64,000 bases of DNA from Candidatus Omnitrophota bacterium. GTDB lineage: Bacteria; Omnitrophota; Omnitrophia; Omnitrophales; Aquincolibacteriaceae. Positions 26,740-40,700 of this stretch are shown here, in pieces (position 1 is the first letter of the stretch; the number at the start of each line of letters is the position of its first letter). Below the pieces are notes generated by a model. It searched no databases. It was not told the DNA's origin and worked only from the letters and a program-made list of their open reading frames with translations. The position numbers and the translations under genes were made by a program. The DNA is taken from contig JAKLFP010000003.1 in NCBI GenBank assembly GCA_022711115.1, positions 73,199 through 137,198 of the forward strand. Direction: 5' to 3'.

Positions 26740-26967
26740 TTAAAACGGATGCCGGTATTGATGGTAAAGCTGCTCGTCGTCTTCGGGCCATTCGTCGATG
26801 ATGGATTTGATGAGTTCGATCTGTTCCGGAATAGCCGCGATCTCGCCCTTCTCTAACCGGACGAGATACCCCTGACTTACGCCCATCACATCTGCTAACT
26901 CGACCAATGTGATCCTTTTTTGCTTCCTTGCGTTCTTCATTTCCGTTGCCGAAAAACCACCGCTCAT
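26740..26967 (-). CDS. small XRE-family HTH protein
   Basis: ITLVELADVMGVSQGYLVRLEKGE. Confidence 0.55.
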   Translation of the reverse strand: MSGGFSATEMKNARKQKRITLVELADVMGVSQGYLVRLEKGEIAAIPEQIELIKSIIDEWPEDDEQLYHQYRHPF

Positions 26968-27231
26968 TTTAAGCTACCGCCTTTCACAAGAATTTGATCA
27001 ATGCTACCGGATACACCCAGCTCTTTCAGGAGCCGGAGCGTTCTTCGCAGAAACGTATTCGGAAATGATTTGCTTAAGGAAGGACGAAAAAGCCATCGAC
27101 CGCTTGGAGGCAAGATCCTTTAAAACCCGAAAATCCTCCATCGAAAAACTGAGCTGAACCTCAACCCATTGTCCCTCCATTCACCAATTACCTGCCCTTC
27201 CTTAAGATTGTTTTATCATCCAGCCGACAAC

Positions 27232-28332
27232 TTACGCTTCTGCCTGCCAAGAAACGACCTTATCATCAATAAGTGTTACAATACCGTTTCCGTAGAAAAA
27301 CTGAATCTGAGTTGCATTATTGGCATATGATTTCCGAACCAGATCAGGATTCCCAAGTAATCCCATGACCTGTCCACCGGTAAGACCTTCTCCCATAGCA
27401 GACCATTTCCGCTCAGCCGTTGTCAATTTGGGAACTACCGTCATTTTTTCGACGGGACCGTGATCCTTCAGGTAAGGCGCAAGGGCTTCCGGCGGAATTC
27501 GGGAGAGCATGTCCTCGGCAAATTGCGTTGTTTCAAGCACATTGGCGGGCAATTCTTTAACAACCTTAGCCTTGCCTGCCAATCCTTTTTTAACCACCCT
27601 TAAATGCTCCTTGGGGACACTATAGCCTGCTTTCTTCGCCTTGCGAAACCAGCGGTCAGCCGCTTCAAACTTATTGCGCATAACCTCAATAAGCCCAAGG
27701 CGATACATTGTGTCACCGTCATTGGGGTTACACAGCAATGCATTGATGAGATACTTGTGTGCCTTATCGTTATTTCGTTGCTCCGCAAAAATCATTGAGG
27801 AATATTTGTAAGCGAGAAAATGCCTTGGATTTTTCTGAATTGCTTGACCGTAATAAGTCAGCGCTTTTTCCTTGTTTCCAAGCTTGGATTCGACGATTCC
27901 CGCATAAAAATATAAATCCGCTTGATCAGGTTCAGCGGTCAACGCTTCATTAAGCTTCAAGGATGCTTCATCATATTTCCCATCCTTAAAAAGAATCATC
28001 CCTTCCTTAACCAAATTTTGAACCGACTGGGTAAGCGGCACTGGTTGCTGCCTTTTGCTGAACAAAATCCTATAATTATCTTTTACTGACCAAGCAAGAA
28101 GTCCTACCAGAAGCACAACCAGAACAATACCCCACCAGGTCAGGCAAATCCGAACGATAATGGCAAGCAACCCCAGCAAGGTCACAAGCCGTGCTGCCTC
28201 TCGAAGCAAACCGCCAACATGAGCGGCCACAAAAATGGTATTGATGGCAAGCCCAACTACAAAGAGAATGAGCCCCCACTTTAAAAGCCTCGTTTTCCAT
28301 ATTGATTTTTTCTTTATCTCGTTCTTCGTCAT
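27232..28332 (-). CDS. membrane protein with TPR repeats
   Basis: Three N-terminal TM helices followed by TPR-like repeats (ALKLNEALTAEPDQADLYFYAG..., ALTYYGQAIQKNPRHFLAYKY...). Confidence 0.6.
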   Translation of the reverse strand: MTKNEIKKKSIWKTRLLKWGLILFVVGLAINTIFVAAHVGGLLREAARLVTLLGLLAIIVRICLTWWGIVLVVLLVGLLAWSVKDNYRILFSKRQQPVPLTQSVQNLVKEGMILFKDGKYDEASLKLNEALTAEPDQADLYFYAGIVESKLGNKEKALTYYGQAIQKNPRHFLAYKYSSMIFAEQRNNDKAHKYLINALLCNPNDGDTMYRLGLIEVMRNKFEAADRWFRKAKKAGYSVPKEHLRVVKKGLAGKAKVVKELPANVLETTQFAEDMLSRIPPEALAPYLKDHGPVEKMTVVPKLTTAERKWSAMGEGLTGGQVMGLLGNPDLVRKSYANNATQIQFFYGNGIVTLIDDKVVSWQAEA

Positions 28333-28374
28333 AACTATTGCCTTTTATCTCTAATCACTAATCATAGCCCTTTA

Positions 28375-28743
28375 CTACTTCGTATATATTTCTTCTAAAA
28401 TTTTCCCGGTTTTAATATCAACTCGATATGTTGACTCCCCACCACTTGCCCAAAAATTTTCTTTTTTATCAACCCCAATACCAACAAAAAGATCCCTTCT
28501 GAAAAATTTTTTCCCTGTCCGCCATTCATCTGGGTCCTGAATTCGCCACAAAATTTCTCCCACGTCATTGACGCATACAATATTTCTATCGGGTGTCTTC
28601 TCACCCTCGGCTTTAAATCGCACCACAATATATTGATTCCCAACAACTAAGGCATCGCCGATTTCATGATCCATAGCAATGGTTCGACATGTTTCATTTC
28701 TTTTAATATTTAAATTATTTTTTTGAAACGAAAGATTAATCAT
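28375..28743 (-). CDS. hypothetical protein; candidate immunity protein for the giant protein's C-terminal domain
   Basis: 122 aa; its ATG overlaps the last 8 nt of the 4439-aa ORF. AT-rich. Confidence 0.4.
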   Translation of the reverse strand: MINLSFQKNNLNIKRNETCRTIAMDHEIGDALVVGNQYIVVRFKAEGEKTPDRNIVCVNDVGEILWRIQDPDEWRTGKKFFRRDLFVGIGVDKKENFWASGGESTYRVDIKTGKILEEIYTK

Positions 28744-31700
28744 TAAATATATCTCCTATTTCACGAAGGCGTTTAAACCAGTCGTCCTTAAGTTCGGATA
28801 TTATTTCGTATTGGTGTCCACCGCCAACACCATATGCATTTGAACCAGCAATACCATCCCGAATAAACACAGTATCTGTCGACCCAAAAACAACATCAGC
28901 AACATGCGTCGGCTCTTGTGGCAAAGACAAAATCTGTTTAATTTCAGCCGGACTCTTTCCCTCTATGACAGAGCGTCGTGTAATCCAGTAGCCTTTCCCT
29001 GTTGGATTGGACGAGCTTGGAACAAAAACCCTAACAAGAGGATCTCCATCCACAACATTGAAAGAATCTCTCACACCCTTTTCTGTAACAGCTTCAAATG
29101 GATCCCAAGGAATTTCATGTCCAGGACGTCTGACAAGATAATCGGCATTAACCTCTTGACCTTGCCGAGTAATATTTATATCGGTTACATCATCAACACC
29201 AATATACCGCCTTGAGTAGGCTTCGGCAACATCATCAATGTTATTAGCTTCTGATAGAAATTCACCCTTAAGGCCATTATTTCTAAAAAGACGTGTTAAC
29301 AATGAATCGGCAGCAACATCACCTTGGCGCCTCAATAGCTTCCCCACAAGATCTGCTATGCCAGTTTTTACCGCCGTAACACCAGCGCCTACTACGGTCT
29401 TAACTACGCCTCCAATCAATACAATATCTAGCGCGCGAAACAGCTCTGTCGCGGTGTTCAAACCAAGAGAAAGAATCTTTTTTCCCGCATCGGATAGATT
29501 GCCGTCATTGATATCACGCCAAGCTCCCGTCGCATCATCCCACATATTATCCAGCCGATCGCCAATCCGAATGGCATCGATAAATCCTTTTACAACGGAT
29601 CTTAAGAGCTCCACGGATGCTGTCTGTGGAAACAGCAATATGTCTTCCAGCAAACTGTCTGTTTCCGGTTTGATATAGTCGAAAATTCTGTCAACTACGG
29701 CATCTGCTTGATTGGCTATCTCATGCCTTGTTATGTTCAGGTCCTCAAGCAATGAACGATGAGTATCCGGAAGATCTGTTATCCTCTGATTATCAATCAA
29801 TGTTTCGGCAACGTTCCGCATGGCAACAGGGTCTCCGTCGAGCAGATGCTGCTGGAAACCCGGGTCCATATGAATTTCATAGCCGCCTGAAATATTGACG
29901 CCGTCAAAGTGCTCGACAAATTGGATAGATCCTGCCGCTGTATCGCCTAAATCGGTCTGGTAATCTATAAACAATGTCTGCTGAACGGCTGATACTTGCC
30001 CCGCAGAATAATAAGCCGTGTCGCCCGTGTCCCAATTTCTCGCAACGCCGGACTGGATCGTAAAGGATCCATTCGGGTTATCCACTAACACAAGCGGCTG
30101 TGTCTCTGTGCCGAAAAAGCTGACCGCATTCCCCTGCGCATCAATCATGTCAACATTTACTACCTGCGCATCGCGAACGGTTAACGTCATGCTTTCCGTC
30201 CCATTGGTGAATGTCATTTCGCCGTTGACCATAACATACCGCCCTTGCTCATCCATCCTGTACTGGCCGCTTTCCGTGTGACTGCCAAACTGCCTGGCAA
30301 GGATCTGTGTTTCATCTTCGTTTAAAACAAATTTGTTATTCCCTACGGTATATTCGTGGACAATCGTGCCGTCCTCAAGCTGGCGCACCGTGAAATCCTG
30401 GGCTGCCTGCCGGGCCCTGAAATAATCTTCAATGTTCTGTCCCGTCGCATAAATTGACTCTACGGTATCCCGACCGAGGATCTGGACAGCATACATCTCA
30501 AAAACATCGAAAATATCCCCTCCGTCCCGGATTTTGCTTGCCAAACTGACCAATTGCATGAGGTAAAGCGATTTTTGGTATTCGGTAGCGCCTTCGCCTC
30601 CCAAGGTAAGAACATTTTTAATGGATTCCTGTAAAGCACCGGCAATCCCTCCAAAAAAGCGGGTAATGGCATTTCCGGAAGATGTCTGATTCGTTAAACC
30701 TTCTATTCCTCCGACAATGCCCCTCAGGCCTAGGGATATCAGCAATGGATTAACATCCAGAACATCAGCCAGCCAGTAAGCACCCATACTGACGAATCCA
30801 CCCAAGGTCTCCCTGCTAAGGAGAGCTTCTTTTAGCGAGTCAAGAATTGAGAAGGTGCCCGGGCTAAGTGCGCTATTAACAATATGACCTATACTTGCCG
30901 CAATTGGATACCCTATGAGTGCTGTAATGCGCGGATCGAGGCCGAGGGAGCGGCCGACGAGTTCGAGTCCGCCGAGTGTCAATTGCTGAGTAAAACGAGG
31001 GAAAATACCGGGAAGTTCGGTTCTGAGATTGAAGGCAGGATCAAAAAGACCGGCAAGGGATGCCGTCACACCAAGAGAAATCGCCGACGTGATCGGCGGC
31101 GGCAAATCCAGTTTGAGACCCATTTCGCTGACACCCTGAAGCAAATACATCTGCATCCCGGAACGAAGAAATTCCGACATACCTCCGCCAAGTCCGATCA
31201 CCCCGCCTGAAACAAAAGCCCCCGCAAGACGTGCCATCGTGGATTCAATACCGAGTCCTTCCAGACCTTTCGAAACCGGCATATTGATGGCCGCGGCGAT
31301 CATGGTCCGGCCGATCGTCTGCCCAAGCGTCAGTGTTTGCGGCACAAGCGCTCCGGCCGGGTCGAACATGATCTTGATCCCGTCGACAACATAGTTCCCG
31401 ATGTTCGTGATCCCGGCCCCAAGCGCTCCGAAATTTCCGGTGACCATATCCGTAAAGAACGTGAATCCCTGTTTCAGAAATTGCCCGGCATGCGACACGC
31501 CCTCCCAAATCGTGTTCCCGAGTGACGTGAATCCGTTCTGGATTGACTGGAGGAGCCCGGCATGCTGGATAGAACTGAGCGCCATGGAGAATCCCTGGAC
31601 CGCGAAGTTGACCACGCTTGCCGCGATCGCCACGATCCCGGCCACCATGGCCGCGTAACCGATGATCTTCCCGAAAGTCGGGCTGATAAAAGACACCACA

Positions 31701-34700
31701 ACGCTCGCCACCGTCAAAGCAACCGAGGCGATCGTGAACCAGAAAATGAGCAATGGGAAAAAAGATCCACGGACCCGCATAGCCGTTTTGTCATCAAGAC
31801 GTTTTGTCGTGATCGACTGGTCCTTAAAAACCACAAGATGCCCTGTCCCGTCCCCGGCATCCCAGCTTTTTGAAAATTGCGGCAAAGTGACATGGACCAG
31901 CGTGCCGTCCGCTCCCTGATTGGTTTCAAAATAAGACACGGCGGTGGGTGTCACTCCTGTGATTACGGCAAAATGTTCCTTTCCGATATGCACAATAACA
32001 CGCAGACCACAGGCCGCGTTTTCATCGATTTGAAGCGCCGGACACGCGGACGCATAAAGCGATCTGAGATCAGCGAGCGAGTACCGAACACCCGTGATGT
32101 CCGCTCCGTGGATCTTCGCGGCACGTTCCATGGCAAAAACGGATATTAAAAGATCGCCTTCGGCAAAACGATTGATCGTCCCGGTCAGAATGTCCACAAG
32201 CACTGACTCACGCCCCAGCGTTGTCATGGGAACATGAATGCCCCGGGACGAGAGCATCTCTTTTAAAGAAAGAAACGCGGATTGTCCGAAGTGAAGATCC
32301 CGGCTCCCAAGCCATTGCAGAATCGCGGTCACATCCTCCTGATTGAGATCCACGGCCTCGGAAGGATCAAGCCGAAGTGATTGAACAAGTGTCGCGCGTG
32401 CTGTCGGATCATTGGCAGCGGCAAGATACTGACTCAGAAAAGTCTGCACCTGGCTGATCATCGCGGCTTTTTCATTTGTCCTGTTCAGAAATTCAGGCGA
32501 ATTCCTGATCTCGTTGATGGTTCGGCTGAGATCAATTGCCTCCATCGCTCCAAATCTCGCGATCTCGGTATCGACTTCCGCGTCCGAAGGGTCCCGGCCC
32601 AAAAGCCGCCGGTAAATATCCGCAAGGACCGGCGCGACTTCGCGCTCGAGGATATCGTGAAAAACCGCCTGCTCCTGCGCGGCAAGGTCCGTGATTTTCT
32701 GCGCGGTCGCGTTTTCAATCTCAGATTTTTTCTGCGCAATCAGCAAGGGGATGGTGGCAATCTGCTCGGGCTGGATTTGTTCCAGCAACTGCGCTTTTTG
32801 ATTTCTGGTCGCGTTGATCATGGCGACAACGCCGGGGACCTCATAACGTTCTTCATGGCATTTCCTGCCGAATCCCAAAAAAACACTTTTACAGACCTTG
32901 ACATTCTGAAAGCGCTGGGATTCTAACTGATGAATATAGGCATCAAGCGCCGCAAGGGCACTGGCCACTTCCTGTTTGATATTGGCCTGCGCCACTTCTT
33001 CCTGTTCGGCCAATTGCCGTAACGCATCGAATTTGACCTGCGCGATCTGCTGACGGGATTTCGCGGCTTCGGCTTCAAAATCAGCGCGTGCTTTGACCAG
33101 GGTCACTTTCACAAGATACAAATCATTCGGATTGGCACAGCCGCTATCCGGGCAGCCATATTCGTGGACATAAAGAAGTTCTCCGTCACTGGCAAACGTT
33201 TCTCTCGGCTTGCCTCGATCATAAAAGGTTCGCACACCGCTTAAATTTTCAGAATAAACGATCTGGTTTTGGCTGTCATAGACCGTGATTTTTTCGAGGT
33301 CGCCGCCGGGTTTGTTGGGTTCATAGGCTTTTAAGAAAGCGCTGTAGGCATCGGCTGCCCCCTCAGGCACAGACAGGATCAAATGCATCCCGTGAAACAC
33401 CGGGTCGGTGATCCCGGAAAGACTCGTGTAGACCGCGCTTTCCGTAGCGGAGGAAAAAGAACTGCCTCCCGTCTGTTCACAACCTTCCCCCTTTTTTAAA
33501 TATTCATTCCCGAATAAATACCATGTCTGATTGGCCGCACTTGCATTCCTCACGTTCCCCGCCCCGATACCTTCCAGCAGAGAAAGAATTTCATTTCCCG
33601 CCGAAGAAAAATAGGGATCTTTGACCGCCATGGCGACATACTGGCCCGGTTTGAGATTTATTAAAAAATTTTTCAGCAGGATGCGGTCACCGGTGGATGC
33701 GAATTGACCGGAGAGGACCTTCCATTGATTGAGAGATTCATCATACGTGCTGATCAAAAATCCGGGACTTCCCTCGCGCTTCCCGATTATTGCGTCCGGA
33801 TCTCTCATCACAATCGTATTTCCCGCCTCAAGCGTCAGTGCTTTCGGAAACGGCACGCCGTTAAAATCAATCTGCTTATGATGCAAAAGATTGTACCCCG
33901 TGAGATTGCCTGAAGTATCCGCTTGATAAGTGAACTGCCAGGATTCGCCGTTGGGAGAATCGATCTTGAGTAAATACCCATAAGCGTCATAACTGTAGTA
34001 CGTTCCTTCGCTCTGGAACATACTTCCCGTGTAGCTACCCGTCTGATCCTGCAAAATCGTTATTTGAAAATCGTTTGCCGGAAAATTCGCCGAAAAAAAA
34101 GCGCCGTCGGCCAAACGTCCGCGGACCGGCAGATAATTCTCAATTTCAAGAATAAGCCCGTTGTCAAACTGTATCTGCCCGCTTTTGATTTTCCGGTCAT
34201 CATCCAGAACAACATTCACGGCTTTATCCCCTGAAGGAGTGTCGATTTCCATCAATCCGTCGTCTCCTTTTTTGATCCGGAAACCATCCCTGGATTCATA
34301 TCCCACCCAGGTGACTGCACGCAGGTCCGCCGCATTGAACACATGAGTCCATTTATAATCGTGAGCGACGGCAAGCGGATTTTGAGGCACTACGGAATAA
34401 TCCAAATAAGCATACAGATAGCCATCCCGGGTGAGGTGTTTTTTCAGGTTGCCGTTTTTGTCGTAATACCAGGTGGTCCCGTCGTGATCCGTGACTTGAG
34501 TTTCGTCGTCTGAAAACTTATAGCTGGTACTTTGCAGCACGCGGTTTTTATAAAAAAGCTCGGCTCCGATCAGTGCTTCATCCAGGTAACTGTAAGTCGT
34601 CGTAATGCCCGCCGCGCTGATGGATTGCAACAATTTTCCTCCTTGGAACTTTCGGAGGTCGCCCGTGAGGTCGTCTTTGATGACGGTAATCTCATTCCCC

Positions 34701-37700
34701 TGGCCGTCAAACTCATAGCTGAATTCGTAAATTTTTCCATCTGATTGCGTGATTTTTCTGAGGGCGCCGTAACGGTAATCCAAATTCCCAACGGCACTAT
34801 TGGCACTGGAAGAGCCTTGAACGGTTGTTTGGGAAGAATTCTCAGCGGGCAAATATTCATGAACAGTCCCGTCCGGCAAGGTCACGCGGCTTACATTTTC
34901 TCCGTCAAGATCAACACGACTTCCGTCAAAACGTTGAAAATAGGTGATGTCGCCCGGGTGTTGGCCGTCCCCTGTTTGATAAAGCAGGGCCGGGGCATCG
35001 AACCATTCAGCAAGGACAGCGTAATCAGGAGGTGTGTTTGACGCAATTTCAGCACCCACTGCCGTTAAATGATCTGATTCGATTTTTAAGGTGCTGATTT
35101 CCTGAGCGGTCATGCCGGATTGGGTTTCCCAGAAAGAGTGAGGCCCGCTCATTCTTTTTAACGAAATAAATTCAAGATCCGTCACGGTAAAGGAACCTTG
35201 CTTGCCGATACCTTCCTCGGTAGGTACCGGCTCGACTGTGATCTCAGTTTCCTCAGCGCTCAGAACTGGCAGAGGAATCCACAGAAACCTACCGCCACTG
35301 GTTTCATAGGTAAATAACGTATTTCCATTTTTTATTTTTACCACAAAGGGCTGCTCCCAGGTCACATCCAGACCCGGATGAATACTGATCTGAAGCAAGT
35401 TGTAATCGATAAGTGAAACAGGATGATTCCTATTCATGATATAGAGCCCCATTTGGCTCGTGGTATCTTGATAAAGAAATTTGCAGGAAGCTTCGGAAGC
35501 ATTGCCTGCCCCCCATATAAACTCTCCCGGTTTCAAGGCGCCGACTTGGAAACCTCCCATGCCTTCTGCCAACGATAAAACATTACTGCTTTTTGAGAGA
35601 AAATAGGGTTTCACATCGCTGACATAATGACTAAACCAATTTCCAAAAAGCAATTCAGCCAGGGAGCAAGTCCCCTCATGCACCTGAGTCGTCCCATAAA
35701 CCCACTCCGAGTAGCGAAAATGCACCGTCGTTCCTGTGATCTGACCGTCGAGATCCCGTTCATAGGACAAAACATCGAGCCGGTTATTTTCATCCCAGAC
35801 AATCGACTTGATCGCTCCATTTTGGTAGATGACTCTCGGGCCTCCATTGGGGTAATCCACATACTGCTCTTGCGTCTGGTCAATCGTCATCACCGTGCCG
35901 TCCTTCAACGTCAGGATCGCACGCAGTAATCCGCCGTCATCGGCAAATTCGAGATCGCTGAATGTCCCGGCACTCGTGGTGATGGACGAAATTTTTCCGT
36001 TCTCATAGGCAACCATGTTTCCATCCTGGATCATCTTCTGAAGTTTTCCGTCCGGACCAAAGACACGCCTGCGGTCATTGTCCTGAATATGGAAGGAACG
36101 GATTTCTCCGCGAAGATTTTCGTCATAATAAAACCGGCCTGTTTCCAGTTTCCCTCGCGCGAGATCGATCACAAAGGAGGCAAGCCCGTTTTCAAACAAA
36201 ACCGTCCTCCCATTTTTAAAGATCCATTTCACGAGTTTTCCGTCCTGAAAATACTGAATTCCGCCATCGGCGCGATTCAACGTGCCGCTGATGAGTTTCC
36301 CATCCGAATCGATCGTGAAATGATCAAGAGTCTCTATAGCGGTCCTTAGATTGCCACTGGCGGAACTCGATGCGATTTTGTTGAGGATGATTTGCTGAAG
36401 AGCCGGCGCATTGGTGCCAAGCATGGAAACCCAATCCAAACGATCTGAAGTCCTCACTTTGAAAGCAGAAAGAGGGCCGAGATAAATATTCCCGCTGACT
36501 TCCGAACCATCGGTGGATTGTATGACTGTTGCTAATTCGTACATCATCCCATCCGTAGGCTTGGAAACAGGGATATGGACATACTGCCAGCCGTGCTTCA
36601 AAGGTTCGGTCACAAAAATATTGCCGGTCCCTTTGAATTCGAATTTAAGACGGATTTTTTCAGGGGTATCCTCTCCGACACGGACGGGAATGGACAAAAA
36701 ATCATACGGTCCCAAATCCAAGGCATGATATCTATTCCAAAGACCTACCGGCGCATACCGGTATTTTGCGTCAAAAATCACATGCCGAACGGTACCCACC
36801 TGAGGATCAGAGACAGGCATGTTTCTGCAAAAACCAGCACCCGGCGTATAAAAATCTCCTTGGGAATTTCCCGACAACTCATAAATGCTGAATTGATAGG
36901 ATTCCAAAAGAGACCTGCCCAAAGCCGATCTGCCGGGAAGCAGAAGATATTCTTGAAGACTCATGCGGCGCAAAGCATCGCCTTCGTTAAATTCAATCTC
37001 CGTATGATGAAAATTTCCGGCCGCGGTCAGATAATTAAAAACAGAGCCGATTCCGTATTCCGGATCGGAAAGGGTCGGAATAAAATTTGCTACTTTAACA
37101 AGACCGGCGGAAGCTCCATCCGGCAAACTCGCGCTGCCGGTGTAAAGGGAAGCCATGGCCTGATGAAAATTGGGCGGCGTTGGCAACATTCCGGAGGCAG
37201 GAGGACTTAAATTCAACTTGATCGATTGATACACAGAATCAAAACGTGTTTTCAGATTTTCTTCTTCCAGATAGTTCTGAAAATATGTTTGGCTTGTCTT
37301 CAAAAGGGAAAGAATAAACGAAGCCTGGTCCACTCCAAAATATTGCGTTGAAAAAACAGGTTCTTGAACTTGAATGGATTGCCCTGTTCCCGGATCTGTT
37401 TTTGTGACCGTCTGCATTTTGATAGCATCGATAAACCCGTCAGAAGTCCGGATTTGCGGAAACGCGGCTTCAAGATTCTTGAGAAACTGCAGCGTGTAAT
37501 GCGGCGCCAAACCAAAAGCCGAAGCGATTCCATAGATCGATCCAATATTGGTATAGCGAATGTCATCGGCTTCTGCCGCATCAGGCAGACCGATCTTTCC
37601 TTCATAACCTTGTCCGGGATTATCTCCCGCCGAAAGAAGTCCCGGAATATTATTTCGCTGAACAAATTCCGCCTGGGCATAAAGAAAATTACGGAGTGCC

Positions 37701-40700
37701 GGCTCCAGTTCCGGATATTTTGTTTCATCCACATGGATGAGCGGCCAGAACATTTGAAAAGCACCTCCATCATAGGGGGAAGCGATATTCCATTCCGCGC
37801 CATCGCTGGATCGATAGTTGCGAAGCGTCACGCTCAGATTATAAAAAGCATCCTGATATTGAGGAAAACGGGAAACCAGCCAAGCCAGGCCCGGTCTGAA
37901 TTCATCGAAGACGCGGTCCATATGGCCCACAAAATCTCCCTGAAACCGATAAGCCTGATAGAAAAGATGTGCGTCTGCATCATAAAAAGCGGCATACCCG
38001 GGTTCTTGAGCTGTCAAAATCGCATTGGAACGATTCAGGATCTGATCCCGGTAAACCGCCATACCCGCATCAAGCGTCAGACCCTGCAAAGCCCCTATCA
38101 CGCTCGCAAGACTCACTGATAGATTAACATTATCTCCCAATCCCACTTCATTGAAACGACGCTGATATTTGTACACAAGACGCGTCATGCCTGTCGGATG
38201 GCCTTCGCCATCAAGAACCGGTTCGATGGTTGGGGCGATCGTAAAGAAAGCGACCATTCCGTTCCATCCTACCTGCTCTTGTATTTCCTGATAAACCGCT
38301 AAAAGCGCATTCAGTTTTTCAAAAGCTTGGATCCGTGAAATCTTTGACGTCTGGTATTCCCCTGTCGCAATAGCCGCAAGTATTTCCGCCCAAAATCCAA
38401 TCAGTGTCGCTTGACTGTAGTCTGCCTGCTGTTCATTCAAACCGTTGTAATTATCCACGGGAAGACCCGTCGGCGTATGAATCCCTTTACCGTTTAAGAA
38501 ATAATCAAGCTGCGTTTCGATGAGATCATTCCTGTAAGCGGTTTCGGTCGGCGTCAAAGGCTCTGGAAGGATAGCTGCCGGCGTTTGAACGGGTTCGGGT
38601 AATGTGCTTGAAAATTCTACGAACTGTCCGGAAGGCGTGATTTGTTTGACCACCTGATTATTTTCAATGAAGTATTGCATGCCGTCGTTGAAAAGTATTT
38701 CTCCGGAATAAATAAAACCATCCTGGTCGACGGTCAAAGACCGGAGTTCGGCATCCTGCAAAGTGACTTTCGGCACAAAAAATTTCCCGTCCGGCAGCAC
38801 CGGAACTTCTGTCAAATCCAGCTGCACGGTTTTGTACTGCCCATACCGGATCGGTTTGCCATTGTTGAATTCAATCCATGCACCGTCCGGAAGATCGATT
38901 CTCAATAGTTCGGTTAACTGACTTGTCAAACCCTCTGCATTCAAAAACTTGATGACTCGGTAGACTTTTCCGTCATTTGTCGTGATAGTATCCGGGCGCT
39001 GCGCTCCTAAAAAATTCACATAAGTGGTTTTATTCCCCGATGCATTGGTTCGCTCGATTAACTGAAAATTTTGATAAACTTCTTGCGAACCGTCGGGATA
39101 AAACCTTTTAAATCCCGTCAGATTTTGACCATTCCAAATAAGATTCATTAATAAACTACCGTCATCCAAACGGATATCCGCCAAAGTTCCGGCTGTAACA
39201 CGAAAAGATGTCCCGCCTTTTAAGCGAACAGCTGAAAGTTGTCCGGTGGCGTCATAAACCTGTTCGATCTGGGATTCGCCCTCTTCAGACACAGAAACCG
39301 ATAAAAGACTGTGATCGGCAGCCAACTGAGTTTGGACATGAAACAATGCTCCGGATTGACTGGCATAGGACACTGGAAGCCCGTTTTGGAGACGCAGCAC
39401 TTCTCCTTTTCCCGAAACTGTTTCCTTCATCACGCCGGAGATATCGTATTCGATTGAAACGGTCAGCTTATCCTGCAAGGTATCCTTTATCGAAGGATAA
39501 TAGTCCGGATCACGTTGAATGGTGGATATTGGAATTATTTCATTCGTTGCGGACCACGTCACAGAGCTGAGAACAGAACGATAGCCGCTGACGTCTGTCC
39601 CCTGCCGCAATGTGGCTATTTCATAATGAAAGATATTGCCCGCTTCATCCCTGTAGGTTTCCAGAAATCCGTTCTGATAAAGGATTGCCGTCCCATCGGT
39701 TTTCTTGACCCACAGGGGTTTCCCATTTGAACTGTAGCGGCTCGTTGTCCCGTCCTCTTCGGCGACAAGCATAGATAGAACTTGCCCGGAATCATTTAAT
39801 TCATAATTGAATTTAATCTTCTTGTTATCAGCCGTCTGCACATAAGCAATACGGCCATTCGAATGATAAACAGTTCTTTCACCTTGGGAATTCACTCCAT
39901 AAACAGCTTTTCCATTTTGGTAAAGAAGCTTATTACCGTTACTGAAAACGAGAAGACCGCTCACAAGATTTTGAGCGGCATCAAATTGGGGCAAATAAAG
40001 CGTGTAACTGTTCGGGTTTTCAATCGCGACAAGACTGGCATTGGCATATTTAAGGATCAAACCGTTGGCAGCAGTCATCGTCATAAGATCTTGCGGGAGC
40101 GTTGGGATGGCCGGCATGGGCGGCAGCGCAATTTCAGGTTGATCCAAAGTAACGGCATATGCCGCAAAAGCCGGCAAGTTCCCCACTATGGTTTCGACCA
40201 TGAGACGATTCTCACCAGGTTGAAGCTCCCAGGACTCTTGATGCTCGGCTCCTTGAATGGTATAGCGAAGAACATAATTCGGATCCGTTGTTCTTTGATC
40301 CGACAGGAACTGAATCGGAAAAACATACCGGATCGTTGAAGAGGCAGCAGCAATGTTTCCCGCCTGGTCGCGAACCTGGCAAGTGATTGTTTTGAAGCCT
40401 TCTCCGGCAGGCAATGTCATCACTTTCGACGGAACGAAAGCGGTCCAATCCGTCCATTGCAATCCGTTATCTGTGGAGAACCGAATATCCTTTAAAGAAA
40501 CGGCGTCTTGGGCATTCACATCCAAACGGACTGTGAGATTATTCGTTTCCGCATCACCGTTATTGATTCGTAGGGCCGTCAACGGCGGATGGGTGTCGAG
40601 TATGACATCAAAGAACGCTTCGGCCTTGTTCCCAAAAATATCGCGACTTTGAACGGTAAGAACGTTACTGCCTTCCGTAAGCATTCTGGTTTCAGTACGT

